Shown here: positions 23,426-36,399 of the stretch, piece by piece | Position numbering within the stretch: position 1 is the first letter of the stretch | Layout of the letters: every line of letters begins with the position of its first letter | DNA from: Podarcis tiliguerta | Lineage: Eukaryota | Strand: one strand, 5' to 3' | NCBI GenBank assembly: GCA_965153285.1 | Contig: OZ229117.1 | DNA: 64,000 nucleotides | The notes under the pieces: generated by a model | Databases searched by the model: none | What the model was told of the DNA's origin: nothing | Seen by the model: only the letters and a program-made list of their open reading frames with translations | Program-made: the position numbers and the translations under genes

Positions 23426-24084
23426 AAAGGAAAGATGAGAAACTGAAACTGACACATTTGCCCCTCCCTGTTCAGAATAAAGACCTGCATGGGTTTCTCG
23501 TGAAGCAAGAGTAGTGTCTGTCATTTCTAGGTTTCGTTTTGTGAATGCCTTGGTTGACCACTCTTCCCCTGTAGGGAAGAGCAGGAGGGAAGCGATCTTT
23601 AGGGCCTTTCAAGTTTGACAATGTGCCAGTACTAATGCAACACAAATAATGTTCCCTGTCAGCTCTGATAAAATTTGGAATCTATCACTTTCTTTTTCTT
23701 CAGAAGCTCTCGTTACCAACGAAAGTAATTACAATTTGTCCTTAATTCCAAATGTATTGCCTGGGAAAAGATACCAGGGAATGGGCAGGGAGGGTGAACA
23801 CGAGTCCGATCAAATGGACTGCCGGGCGATCTCGGTAATTGCTCCCAAGCTCACTGCCTCACCTTGCATTCTTTTTCATTATACTCTGCTGTCTGCAAAG
23901 CGATTGCAACCAGAAAGATTCCCAACAGGAAGGCCAGAGGATGCATCCTTCTCCTTGGCTGTTAAAAGTTTAGTTGTCTATGTACTTTCTGAGCCAAAAT
24001 TTAAGCGGTAGTAGTTGAAGAAGAGACGGAGCCAAATCCCTAAACTTAAAACACACTGATCTGTTTTTGAAGTCAAGAAGACCA

Positions 24085-24185
24085 GCTTTGGACCTGGAAA
24101 CTTCACCTGGGCATGCTGGGGTTTGGACCTGGGATCTTTGACATGCAAAACAGATGCTGTGCTATTGAGCCACATCCCTTCCCCT
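24085..24185 (-). mobile_element. tRNA-derived SINE head
   Basis: ggacctgggatctttgacatgcaaaacagatgct...ttgagccaca. Confidence 0.55.
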
Positions 24186-24344
24186 GAAAATAATAATATT
24201 GGGTTGAGGTTCTTGTAATTGTCCAGTGAAACCCAATATTTTCAAGATGCATTCCTTCACAACCTTAACCTTCTAGGACGGTTTGGTGGCACAATGGGTA
24301 AGGATTTAGGAATGAGTGTGAAATAGGAATTCTTTCTTTGCAAA

Positions 24345-24497
24345 TTCTGAACTGACCTGGTCTACAGCTCACGGACAGATGTGTGGTGGTTTTGAAACAA
24401 AGATTAGCTGGCCATCTGCGAAGGATTTCTTAGGTGTGGTTTCTGCATTGCAGGGCATTGGACCAGACCCCCTTCCAAATCTACAATTCTATGACTA
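24345..24497 (+). mobile_element. CR1 3' tail fragment
   Basis: ctgcattgcaggg...cccttccaaatctacaattctatga. Confidence 0.65.
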
Positions 24498-25049
24498 TGA
24501 TGTCAGGTGTGAGGCAGTGCCTGAAGAGCCTTATTGAACGTGCTCTGCAAAATAGCACTCTGAAAGGAGCTTCTGAACTCCACTCATCCAGGAGCTTTCT
24601 GAAACTATGTTTGCCAAGTGCTTTCCACAGCAACAATCTACTTCCCTTTGTAGCTTGGCAGAACAATCACATTATATCAATAGTTATTACTCCTTCTTCA
24701 AGGTAATGGAGAGTGCCCAGTATTACAAGACTGCGTATTAAATTTGACTTTAAAGTGAGTGGGATTAGTGGCTACTTCCTCTAATATCTTCTTTCACACT
24801 CCCAAGGGTTTATAATGCATCACTTGCGAGTTTGCTTCATCTATTTTTTAAATTTATTTTAAAATCCAAGATTTTTCGTAAGATTTGGGTAAGCCTGATC
24901 ACTTGCTAATTAATCAATTAATCAAATATCTCTTAAAGGGCTGGTTATAGGAGAACTATCCCAGTGGCCACAAGTTTATAGCTATGTGACAGTTAAGTGT
25001 CTCCATAAAATAGCCTTCCAAATGGCACACAATTGTCACAGGAAAACAG

Positions 25050-25640
25050 TGCTCATCCAGTCCGACCCCTGAAAACACAGGAATGTCAACTAAAGCACCC
25101 ATGACAGATGGCCATCCAACCTCTGCTTAAAAACATCCAAAGAAGAAGAGTCATCCAAAGATGAAGAGTCCACCACCTGGTGGAGTCTCCTTCTTTGGAG
25201 GTCTTTAAGCAGAGGCTTGACAAGCATATGTCAGGAGTGCTCTGATGGTGTTTCCTGCTTGGCAGGCGGTTGGACTCGATGGCCCTTGCGGTCTCTTCCA
25301 ACTCTATGATTCTATGATTCTATGATTCCAAGGGAGTCCGTTCCACTGATGAACAGCTCTTACCATCAGAAAGTTCTTCCTGGTGTTTAGTTGGAATCTC
25401 CTTTAATTAGCTGTTATTCTTGTATTGCAGAGTGTTAGACTAGATGTCCCTTGGGATATCTTCCAACCCTACAACTCTACAGTTTTATGAATCCCTGACA
25501 GATGTGCATCCAACCTCTGTTGGATGAAGGGTCCACCACCTTCCGAGACTGTCAAAGAGCTCTTACTGCCAGAAAGTTCTCCCTAATGTTTATTGGAACC
25601 TTCCTTCTAACTTGGATCCATTTGTTTGTGTTCTGACACA
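25050..25640. mobile_element. CR1 3'-end cluster: older minus copy (25050-25177, 25329-25405) interrupted by a young plus copy (25178-25328), plus further tail fragments
   Basis: The young piece is nearly identical to the 3' end of the 13382 element, with (ATTCTATG)n tail. Confidence 0.85.
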
Positions 25641-26794
25641 CAAGGAGAAAGAAACAGGGAAGGGGGATGAATGTTGGAAACCTGGGTTGGAGGGGGGAGA
25701 ATCACACCTTTCTGCCCCAACCTCAGCCACTTTGGAATGGGGAGCAGGGATGCTGACTCTGCCCACCCCCACATTCTTGTACAGTGGAAGCTGGGGAGAG
25801 TTTGGAGCAGTGAACAGGAAGGCAGAACTGGGGGCAGCAGCAACTGACCAGAAACCCAAACAAGTGGGTGCAGTCTTGTCACCTAGAATCAGATAGCACC
25901 TTCACAGATCAGATCCCACCTATGAAGGAGTGACCATTTGAAATTTCAACATTCCTGAATGACATGCGAGTCTTGCAAGTGAGCGTACTGCACCTTGTCT
26001 TTAATAGCTTGGTGGGCAAGGCATGGAAACTTGTCGTGACATCTTTGTTGCTTCGGTCTAGTTCTGAACGACTTGCCCTTCTCTTGAACTCCAAAACCAT
26101 GACATCTGAGCCTTGCGTCTGCTGTTGGGTGTGTGCTGTCATTTGCCTGAATAAATATCTCCTCTCATTTTTAAGAGCCTCTGCTTGCATGTTTGTGGGA
26201 GGGAGCCAGGAAACTACATGCTTTGCAGTCCCATGTATGTCTACTTAGATGTAAGTCTTACTGTGTATGTAGAGAACTGGAGCTTTAATTTCTGTATTTA
26301 AAAGAATTATATCCTGACTTTGAATTACAAGACCTCCTATGTTTACAAGGTAGATTTTTTAAAACAAAAAATGCAAATATAAGTAATAAAATTGCCATTA
26401 TATCACAATAACCAAGTGGTTAGTGTGCACATTACTTGCATTTCAGTTTGCATTCCTACCAATGTGTATTGTCTCTTATTCAATGTGCTATTGTATTGCA
26501 CTGCTGTCTCTTATTCAACTTGTAATATCACAATGTGCCAGGCTGTTGCTTATCATTGTTTTACCCATCAAGGTGCAGACCACACTTTTGCCTTCTGTAG
26601 TTATCTGTCAAATTGCTGACTGGCTAGCTACTTCCTGTCATCAAAGAATTGACTACCTTCCTGTTTAACATATGTCAGACTGTTGATGAAGAGTCTTGAC
26701 TATTATGCTTCTTTCCATCCAGACAAATAGACTTAATTTGGAAATGCTTTACAGAACAATCTACTTTTTTTAAGGAGGGGTGTGGGGGGGGTTC

Positions 26795-27009
26795 CTAATG
26801 GATAGCTCAGTTGGTTAGAGCATGGTGCTGATAACACCAAGGTCGCAGGTTTGATCCCCATATGGGACAGCTGCATATTCCTGAGTGGCTGGGGAAACCC
26901 AACCAGATGGGTGGGTTATAAATAAAAATAAAATAATAAGAATATTAATAATAATAATTAGACTAGATGATCCTCAGGGTCCCTTCCAACTCAACAATTT
27001 TATGATTCC
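26795..27009 (+). mobile_element. tRNA-Ile-derived SINE with CR1-type tail, interrupted by an L2 tail (~26882-26958)
   Basis: tagctcagttggttagagc-tggtgctgataacaccaaggtcgcagg head; gggtcccttccaactc...tatgattc tail; insert matches the L2 3' end at 680-730. Confidence 0.8.
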
Positions 27010-28209
27010 ATCACCTCACTGAATGAATGAATGAATGTTGTGTATGTGTGGATGCATCAAACCTTTTTGGAAACTACTTGCCTTATTCTGAACAACCAAC
27101 TTCAAATACATGATTTTCACTTCAGGAGTCAAAAAGGCCAAGGATACATGGTGCATCCCTACCTAATATTTCATGAGCACAGGCTACTATTGATCCTCAA
27201 TCAATGTTGATTCCTAGTAGATGAGAGAGAGGGCGGGGGAATACAGAAATAGCTCTTGAGTGGACTTTTGACAAACTTCTGCAGTAAAGTGGGAACCAGA
27301 ACTGAGTCAAAACTATTTACCTAATTTCATGTTTGCTTCATGAGTGAAAGTTGACCCAAATAGGGGTGTCAGAGATGAAAACAAAAAATGGGAACAAAAG
27401 TTTCTGGAGTTCAGTTTTTCAGCCCATGTCAAATCCATCCAGCAAATATAATCAGCATTCACAGTTGTTATTCCTTTCAGTTTGCAAATGATACATAGTT
27501 TATTAAGCCCCTTGCCATTCTCATTGTGTTTCCTTCACATTGAAATGAATGGAATAGAATAATACCAATGTAACTTAGGTAATTTATATATATGCATGTC
27601 CTGCTTTCCAAACACAATGTGTTCCCAGAGAATCATTCATTAGATGAGCATTCACATAACAAGATGATGATTCACATTATTTCCTATGGAAACATTTCTA
27701 ATCCATGCTTTCTCCAACCATGCTTTCTGTCTGAAACTGCTGCAGCCAATCAGCAAAAGCCAAACAAAGGGAAAACTGGTTTGTCCAATCTGTCCTGATC
27801 CCTGATTTGTCAGACCTCTCTCCCTCCCTCCATGGTTTCTGCGTAACATGGCTGCTGCTGACCAACAAAATACAAACATGCAAGGAAGTGGACAAACTCT
27901 GGCTGTTTGGATATCTAAATCTGTATAGCAAGATTTGGGTAGAATTCTGATATTTTGGATAACGAGCATTCCAGTAGGAGTTGTGTGTAATTATGTAAAT
28001 TATGGAAGTTATGGAATTTCACCACAGCAGACAGTGAGACGAAAAATGTAGTTGTTGGCAGGAGATGAACAGAAACAGTGCCTCATGTGCTAAATACAGA
28101 GCTGAATGGAAAGCAATGCCTTCTTACTCCCCGCATCCGAAACCGCTGTTGCTGCTGCTTCCAGTCCACAAATGATATGTAAATGATTACTTTCCCCCCT
28201 CCTTTTTGC

Positions 28210-28460
28210 ATAGTGTTTCTTTTGCACTGAAGTGAATGGGGTGGAATAACATGGCGACAACTTAATTTGTGTAACTAATTATGCAAAATATATAAGTTCA
28301 GTAATTTGCCAGTGCAGACAACAAGATGAATAGTGTAGTTGTTGCCAGAAGAAAAACTGCAGCAGAATGGAAATGTTGCTGCATGCCACGAATTCAAGGC
28401 AGAATGGGAAATGATGTCTCCTTAACAGCCTTACACATGGAATTGACGGCTATGGCCAGA
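28210..28460 (+). repeat. Unclassified dispersed repeat (11720 family)
   Basis: Sequence similarity among four copies in the window. Confidence 0.6.
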
Positions 28461-28699
28461 GGCAAAAGTGGGGAAAGTCAGAGGCAAAACTGCATGGGAC
28501 CAAAACCAGAAGTGGATGGAGCAATGGATGTGCCTCTTACTTTTATGCAGTAGCTTCCATTCCATCTACCCCAAACTGTTTCTACATCTGTGCATGCACA
28601 CACACACACACACACACACAGTATGCACACACCTCTCAATCCACAGAAGCACAAGGCACAAACACAATTCAAGGAGACAGGTCCAAGCAGGCAAAAGCA

Positions 28700-28838
28700 T
28701 TTCAAAAGGGTCTGAAGCATGGCTGGAGAGGGGTGTGGCCTGTGGAGACGGGTGTGACCTGGAGATAGTGCCAAGAACCAGATAGAGAAAACTGGAGGGC
28801 CACATTCAGCCCCCAGGAGAGAAGTTCCCCACCCCTGG
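28700..28838. mobile_element. hAT-type MITE end
   Basis: ...ggagggccaca...gaagttccccacccctg terminus; related pieces at 22255-22340, 32657-32850, 37480-37586, 54450-54531. Confidence 0.55.
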
Positions 28839-29688
28839 AACATGATGAGTATGCTGGTTTGGAAGCAAATGCCAGGATAAGAGAATATTCTGTGCAGGTT
28901 GAAAAGGAATCAGTTACATGCATTCACTGAATGATTAATGGTTTTCTCAAGCCCCGTTTCCAGATGGGCCGACTCCCCTCCACAGATGTCCCTATCATTG
29001 TCACAGTAGCCCCACTGTCTTCCTGACGGGTTCCCAGGTATGTTGCGGCTGTTCTTCTCCGTGAAGAGCGATGGCGGTCAGGGCATGAGGGGGTTTGACT
29101 GTCAGGTCTTTGTTATTCCACCTGACTCATGGAACATAAACAAAGATTTTATGATGAATTCCACCAACACCAGGCGTCAGCAGGGCTTTGATGTTTTGCA
29201 GTTGCCTTCTCTAAACACACACACACACACACACACTAAAGCAATGTGAAGGCACCATGCTGGTGTTAATGCATTCTGTCACTCTGCCTGGAAAAAACAC
29301 ACAATGCCAAGATGTGTCATTCTGTCACATGTCAGGGATAGAAAGAAGTCACCCATATCTAAACTGTCCACAAATACCACCACTGGGAGAGAGTAGAAGG
29401 GACTGTGTTTCAGGAACCTACACAAAGCTGGGAGAAATATGCAGAGCAGAAAAAGCAGCTTCTATGAGCAGCATTGAGAGCCAGTGTGCAGAGTCCTTGG
29501 TCTTTGGTGAGCCTCCAGGGATAGAGTTTGCAGGGGGCAGAAGGTCCCAGGGTCCATCTCTGACATCCCGTGGAAAGGCAGGAAAAGTCTCCTGCCTGAA
29601 AGCTTGGAGATGTGCTACCACCAATGTCAACCAAATGTAGCCAACATTGGTGCCCTCCAGATGTTTTGGACCACAACTCCCATCCAAC

Positions 29689-29880
29689 AGCCAGTGTGGT
29701 GTAGTGGTTAAAGTGCTGGACTTTGACTTGGGAGACTGGGGTTCAAAGCCCCACTCAGCCATGAAGCGCTCTTGGTGACCTTGCACCAGTCACTGTCTCT
29801 CAGAGTTGCTGTGAGAATAAAATGGGGAGAGGAAGAGCTCCTTGGAAGAAAAGGTTGTATGTAAATGCAATAAATACATA
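29689..29880 (+). mobile_element. MIR/Squam3-type SINE inserted in a small hAT MITE (29636-29912)
   Basis: gccagtgtggtgtagtggttaaagtgctggact...ggttcaaagccc...gtgaccttg; flanks ccctccagatgttttggaccacaactcccatc. Confidence 0.75.
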
Positions 29881-30379
29881 CAAATACATGTCTACAGTTT
29901 CCATGCATCCCTAACGTTTGGTGAGCATTTCACTTCTTATCATGAGCAGATGATTTCAGCAGTCGCTACAGGTACGCTTAGCAGGATGATAATGTAATTG
30001 AAAGAGCTTGAATTGTTCCTACCTGTTGATCAGGAAATGATTATTACTGAATGACAAACTGAAACCCAGCAGGATCAATTCTATTTCCTTTGAATTACAG
30101 AAGAGAAAAGCCCCCCATCACCCATTCTCTCTGCTTATTACGCTTTCTTATTTAACTTCCCTTCCATTACAGATGATTCTATTTAATACTTGAGTGAGAA
30201 TGCTGGCGGCTTGGCTTCTTTATGGGCTTTTCCTCCAGCACATTACTTACCCGCCCCCCTCCACCTCTTGCTGAGAGCTCTAAAACTTTTTCAATTAATT
30301 CTGAGAATCTAATTGCCCAAAGTGGGAAGTCCCATTTTACAATGTTACAGCAATGGAATAGTGATATACAACCCATTCC

Positions 30380-30817
30380 CCTTATCCCACCCTTTACTTT
30401 CCACAAGCTGTTTCCTGAGATCCATTCTAATTCAATCCACTTTTGCATTTTGGAGGCAAACTTTGCTAATGCACGTTTTCTGATATGATATGCAAGAATT
30501 TCCACATCTCCAAATTTTGCAATGCAATTCCCCAGCCACGTAATGTGTACAAAAATGCACATAACTAGGGTAAAGTGTGCCTTTAAAAATGCATATATGG
30601 GTGAAAATAACAGGCAGACATGAATTGTTCTAGGGGCAATTGCTTTGCAAAAGTGTGTTCCTTAGGCAAAATGGAAGCATTCCTATCAGGAGAAAATTGC
30701 ACTAAGGTCCTGCTGAATTTTCATGACGATCTATTCCAAGCTGATGTGGAAATGTAGAAAACTGAACTTAAGATTGGAAAGAACCTGAAGCTGAAATGGA
30801 CATATTTGCCCATCCCC
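30380..30817 (+). mobile_element. AT-rich MITE (12957 family)
   Basis: Ends atttgcccatccc; same internal motifs. Confidence 0.7.
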
Positions 30818-31699
30818 ACCCGCCCACTTCCCATGAGCTGTATCTCTAGTCCCATTCAAATTCTTTGCCTCAATATATGCCAGTTTTCCAGGAGACACTG
30901 CACATCTGAAAGATCCTGGCAGGTATGTTAGGCTGTGATAGAATGACTTGTTCAAGGTCAGCAAACGAGCTTCATGGTTTAGCAGGGAATTTAGCAGTTA
31001 CTTTATTCAGATATACTAGACCTGCATTACTTGCATGTACAAAGGTACAAAGAAACCCCAGTTTCACTACATTCTTCTGCACTCTTTATCTTCCCAATTA
31101 TCTCTTTAGGATATTGACCTCCCTCCCTCTCCCTCTTCTTCCCTTTCACTCCTTTCTCTCTCTCTCTTGCTGTCTTTCGGGTCCATTCCTAATGACATCC
31201 TCGCTTTTCCCTTCATTTCCGCTTCTGAAAAATATGCATTCATCTGTCTTTCCTATCAATTGATTTTCATGTTAAAGCTGCTCTTTGTCTGCCCTTGATT
31301 CATGCCTTGCAGGGAAACGAGATGCCCGTAAATGAAATGGCTACTCTACTGCTTAAGAAACTAAAATTTACTGACAGCTCATACGCTCCAAATCCCCCAA
31401 AGCAGGGGTGGGTGGGGAGGGGGCATGATTGGCTCAATTAATTATAAATGTTTTAATTTAAATGGCTAATGTAGGAGATAGTCAGATATAAAAACCTCAA
31501 ACGACCAGAGTGTTTGATGAGTCCTGAAAGATTGCTCACTTCTCGCTCACAGTCCTCCTGCTATCAATGGAGAATTGGTGCCCTGCTGATGGCCGGGGAG
31601 GCAGCAGAGGCCTTTTCTTTTAAATCAGCACTATGTGGTACACACTGGGCAGTCCATTTTCTGGGTCAGAAATGCTTTCAACAGAGGACAGATGCTGCT

Positions 31700-32048
31700 A
31701 AGAATGGTGGGGAAATTTGGTTCAGTTCACATTTAAAGGCAAATACACGAAAATTGCATTCCCTAAAACAAGGAGGGAACCACAGCACAACCTTTGTATA
31801 TACATTGCTGAAGATAACATTAGAAATGCACTATATTAAATAAAATTGCTTGCAAATAGTGTGTGTGTGCGCGCGTGCGCAGAATTGCATGCAAAAATGT
31901 GTATATTGGGAGAAATTCATACAGAGGTGCTGATGAATTTTCATGAGGACTTTAACAAAAATTGCAAACTGATCAGGAAATGTGGAGAACTGAAGAGGGA
32001 AAAATGAGAAATGGAAAGCAAGCAAAATGGACAGATTTGCCCATCCAT
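31700..32048 (+). mobile_element. AT-rich MITE (12957 family)
   Basis: Ends gacagatttgcccatcc. Confidence 0.7.
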
Positions 32049-33891
32049 GTATGCTACAGAATAGAAGCGTAAAGAGAACCATTGAATGAAATGATTTTGG
32101 AATTGTGCTCATGGGAACTCTGTGGGTTCCTCCAAGAGAAGATCAATAATGGCAGATATGCTTCCCTATGTTGGCATATAGAGCTTATATGCAGAAGAAG
32201 TAGTTAACTTCAGTCAAATTAATCCTTGCTTGCAGCACAGCTTTAGTTGAAAAGTATTCAGATTGAGACTTAGTATAAAGAAAGAAAGCTTATGTTTTTT
32301 AAGGAAGCACATTCTTGACAGGAAAGAGTTCTGTAGTTCTAGCTAACTATCTAGTTGGAGAAGCAAAGAAGCCATGCTTATCCCTCTGTTCACAGAAGCT
32401 AGATGCAAGATGACCTCTCGCCTCAAGGTCCGGAAAAAAAACTGTGAGGAGGAGCAGGAAATTGCAAACTGGATGCAACTAAGATTTATCAGTCTAGACA
32501 TCAAGACACAGAGAGAAGTCAGCAAAGCAATAAAAGAACAGGGATAGTTTGGGAATATGGAGGTCCCCCACTCTGTCTTAGCCTATGCAAACCTCTCTCA
32601 GAAAGCTGAGTTAACACCCAAATTTCCAACACCCTAAAGGACTTTGAACCTTTACAACGGGGGTCAGAATCCTCAGACCCTAGGGCCAAATGCAGTCCTC
32701 CGTGCCTCTCTCTCTGGCCCTTGGGACACTCCCCAGGCAACTCACAATCCCCTGCCACACCCTGTTTGCCCAGGCTGCACTTCACACTGGCCTAACTTAA
32801 CATCCTCCTTGAGTGATTTTGCTTGGTTGGAAATGTGTCCTTGAACAGCAGTGATGCCTTTTGCCTGCCTGGGATGGAAGACAGAGATGGATTTACGAAA
32901 CTAGCCTACTATACAAAAAGTAAAATGTATACATGTATACACCCACTTTTGCTCTCTCCCCACCCACCACTGGCATGTCGCCCTTGGAAGATTGCCCAGA
33001 AGGGAACAGAGCTCAAGCTGACAATGGTTCCCAATCTCCGCTGTACATCCCACCAGCAGAAGACCGGTGCCCTGGTGCAGGGGTGGTTAATCTATGGCCA
33101 TCCATACGTTTATGTACTCCCAAATCCCAGCAGCCCCAGACAGCATGACAAATGGTGATGGATGGCAGGTGTTGCAGCCTCCTTTGAAAGCTCTCTGTAC
33201 TTGTGGCCATCACAAAATTGAAGAGTCTTGCAAACTCCTTTGCAAAAGGATAGGTCCTTTTCCATCAATACAGCCTTTGTAGATTCCCTCAGCTCTTTCA
33301 ACATCGACTTAATGGTAGACAAGGAACTGATGCATATCTGTGATGTATGCATTTCTAAATGTGTAACTTCATTTGATCTGCATTGTTAAGCAAACGTACC
33401 CAATTTTGCACACATCCACACACCCCAAGACCATTACACAGATTGGAATGTAATTTTCTTTCAGATATCGTATTCCTCCAATTTTTGCAATAATGATATT
33501 GTCTGAGCCAATAACAGTGTTGCAATATTTAGAGAATCACAAGATATATATAAAAAATTGTGTACCAGTCTATGTATTATTCCGGGAGGTGGGGAGAGAC
33601 ATTAGGTATGTTCCTTCTAAAAATTCAGACCAAACAACATTCTCTCCATCCTTACCCAAAACTGCCCCTTGTTTGCAGAGTCCCAGTGGTGAGTGGAACA
33701 CCGCAAAGCAAATGACAAATGTCACAATCATTTTCTGATTTGCTTAGTAGTTTTACATACCTGAGAATTCACCCAAGCACCTCCCCCTTCTTTCTCATTA
33801 GCCCCATTTTGCCTACAAAGTGATTGGCACGTGCCAACCAAGTTCAGTATTAGAGGGAATGATAAATCTGTTCGCCTCATCTAGTGGGCGG

Positions 33892-34097
33892 TGTTGCGGC
33901 CAGGCATCTGGGACTCTGTAGTGATCTGACAGGGGGACAGGGAGTTGACACCCCCTTCCATGTCATCCTGGCCGGTTCGCCGGTGCTGGGTGGGGCCACA
34001 CTGAGTGTGGCTTCACTGGCCAATCGGTGCCAGGAGGGGGAGTGGCCGTGGGAGAGTTAAACCGCGGCACGGCCAGGCAGGCCCTCCTCTCTCAACA
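33892..34097 (+). mobile_element. Short LTR-like element TGTTG...CAACA
   Basis: Inverted termini, GC/CpG-rich, CCAAT then TTAAA; no TSD found. Confidence 0.4.
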
Positions 34098-35126
34098 GGT
34101 AAAATAGGTGTCTTCCATGCCTTGTTTCTCTGCTGTGAACTTTGAGGGCCCCCTCCCCAGCTTGTTTCAGGCTGTCTGGAAATGGCATTACTCCTGTTTT
34201 CTTCTCCTCCATCTCATCCAGCCCACTCACCCAAGCCCTTGTAAGCAGCTTAGCTGTTGAGAAAAGCCATCTGACAGTTCCCAGTCATCCTTTATTCTTC
34301 AGCTGAGCAGCTTTGTGATTGAAAAGTATCCCCCAGCATTGCCAGAACCCCAGCTTGCTTCTTCCAGCAGTAAGTGAAAGCTTAGATCCACAACCAGTTT
34401 TCTCCATCCAGTATCTGTGGGGAAATCTGTACTGAGAGAGTTCCAACGTAATTCAGGACTGGACTGGGTGATCCCTGCTTCTGACCCAGCCTATACCTGT
34501 GGAGCAGTAGACTACAACTCCCATCACACCCTGTGTCTTAAATACAGAGTTTGGGAAATGGCATAAGCATTGGAAGGGGTGGGGTGCAGATAGGAATGTC
34601 CTAAGGAAATTAAATGCATATAGTACCAACTGGCAATTGCATCATTAACACTGGCTGTTCACAAGAGCAGTTCACAACAAGCTGTGGATAATTTTGGAGC
34701 GGATCCCTAGTCAAGCCTTACCAAAAGCACAATCCTAACCATATCTATAAGTCCAATAGAGTGCTGCAGTTATTGGTGAGTGTGTTTAGAATTGCAGACA
34801 TCAGAGGCATCATTCTGTCCTCCTGACTGAGTGTGTCCCCAGCTGAAATCACCACACTAGGCTCCCCTCTTCTTACAATAGCCTTCACATGAGGTGCCTG
34901 GCCTGTGGGCACTTAACCCTTCTGGCCAGAAGCAAGAAGGATAGATTAAATGTTCCCTGCCCAGATTCCCTAAGTAGATGTGAAGGAATGGCCCTTACCT
35001 TCAGTTAAACCTGGGAACACCCACTTTAGTTAAGGTTTCCATCTTAAATTGCAACCAGTGAAATATTTGCTCATTTGTTAGACATTGTGTTTATTTGAGT
35101 GGCATGCTCTCACCAGGGACTGCCCT

Positions 35127-35270
35127 GAGCAGTACCTATTTATCTACTTGCACTGGCATGCTTTCAAGCTGCTAGGTTGGCAGGAGCTGAGACAGAGCAA
35201 CGGGAGCTCACTCCATTGCAGGGGTTAAAACTGCCAACCTTCTGATCGGCAAGCCCAAGAGTCTCAGTAG
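35127..35270 (-). mobile_element. Sauria SINE 5' fragment
   Basis: Matches the full copy at 60777-61113. Confidence 0.85.
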
Positions 35271-36399
35271 TCCTCAGATTGAAACCTCAGTCTGTTATAG
35301 TAACTGCAGTTCATATAACAGACCTATTGTAGATGGACAAGTGGTCTAGGAAACTTCCTACGCTGTCAAAATTACAACCTACTTTTTTTCTTTCTTTTTT
35401 TGCCAAAGTGGCTGAAATTTACAGGCACTGGATCCCCACCTCAGTGTATGATTTTATTTTTAAAAAATTGTGGACAAATGGGTCCAGGGCCTTTTTGTGA
35501 GGGAAGTAAAAGGGAATCACTTTCCTCCATAAACTCTTATGAGGAAGGTGTTCCTCCTGCTCTTTCTTGCCTTAAGAAACTTAAGAGATGGCTGAATTGT
35601 GTGTTTTCTTGTTTGTGTCCTCCAGTGGGCCTTACAGCATGAGGCTGTCTAGAATGCTGCCTGTGGAGTTATGAAGAGCTCTGTATCTTTCCCATTTTTC
35701 TTAAAGCAGGTGGTGGTTGTTTTTAATTTAGAAACTTAAATGAAGCTCTTACTTTAAAAAAATTAATATCCTCTGTTGATGCGTGTTAACAACATTTTGG
35801 GCAATCTCACTTCTTGCAAAGCCTATGGATCTAGATAAAGACAAGGAAAACATAAGGTATATAAAAGCACAGAAGCAACAGAGTGACATGAAGCTATGTG
35901 GAGGCCCTGATCCAACTCAGTGTGTGCAGGGGTGCAGGGGGATAGGCAGTATTAAATTGTACTACAGCTTGGAAGGGTCATTAAGGCCTCCACATCACCC
36001 TGATTCACCTCATTAGTTGGCTCCAACACAGAGTTGATGCACACCCCTAATAAATACTGCATGCTTGACAGGTAACTCTTTCATGATGCAGTGGCTGGAG
36101 GAATGGCATGTACAGAAGGCTTTCTGTTCTAGTGCACTGATGACTGGTACACCTAATAGCAATCCAGAGCTTAGTGCATTGTAAGCAGATGTAAGCAAAG
36201 TGCACCACATCATCATGCTATCTCAGCAAAGATCTCAATAAGTCTGAGAGGAGTTTCGATCGGATTATCTCAGGCATGTTCTTCATTTTGCCCCTGTGTC
36301 ATCTGCAGGGAACACATTCGTCTCTCAAAGCAAACTGAAACTCTAGGAGGGAACTGCAAGTGGTGCTGTCTCCACACACACTATCAAACAGTGCCCTCT

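Noticed and set aside
26660-26710. Penelope-like or hammerhead remnant (also ~51890-51960 and ~56145-56195)
   Set aside because: Too degraded; catalytic core incomplete and no coding evidence
26800-26870. Possible tRNA-Ile gene
   Set aside because: Acceptor stem degraded and continuous with a SINE body and CR1-type tail
28910-29121. Possible minus-strand exon after a CAG acceptor
   Set aside because: All frames stop early and no homology recognised; a non-coding exon cannot be excluded
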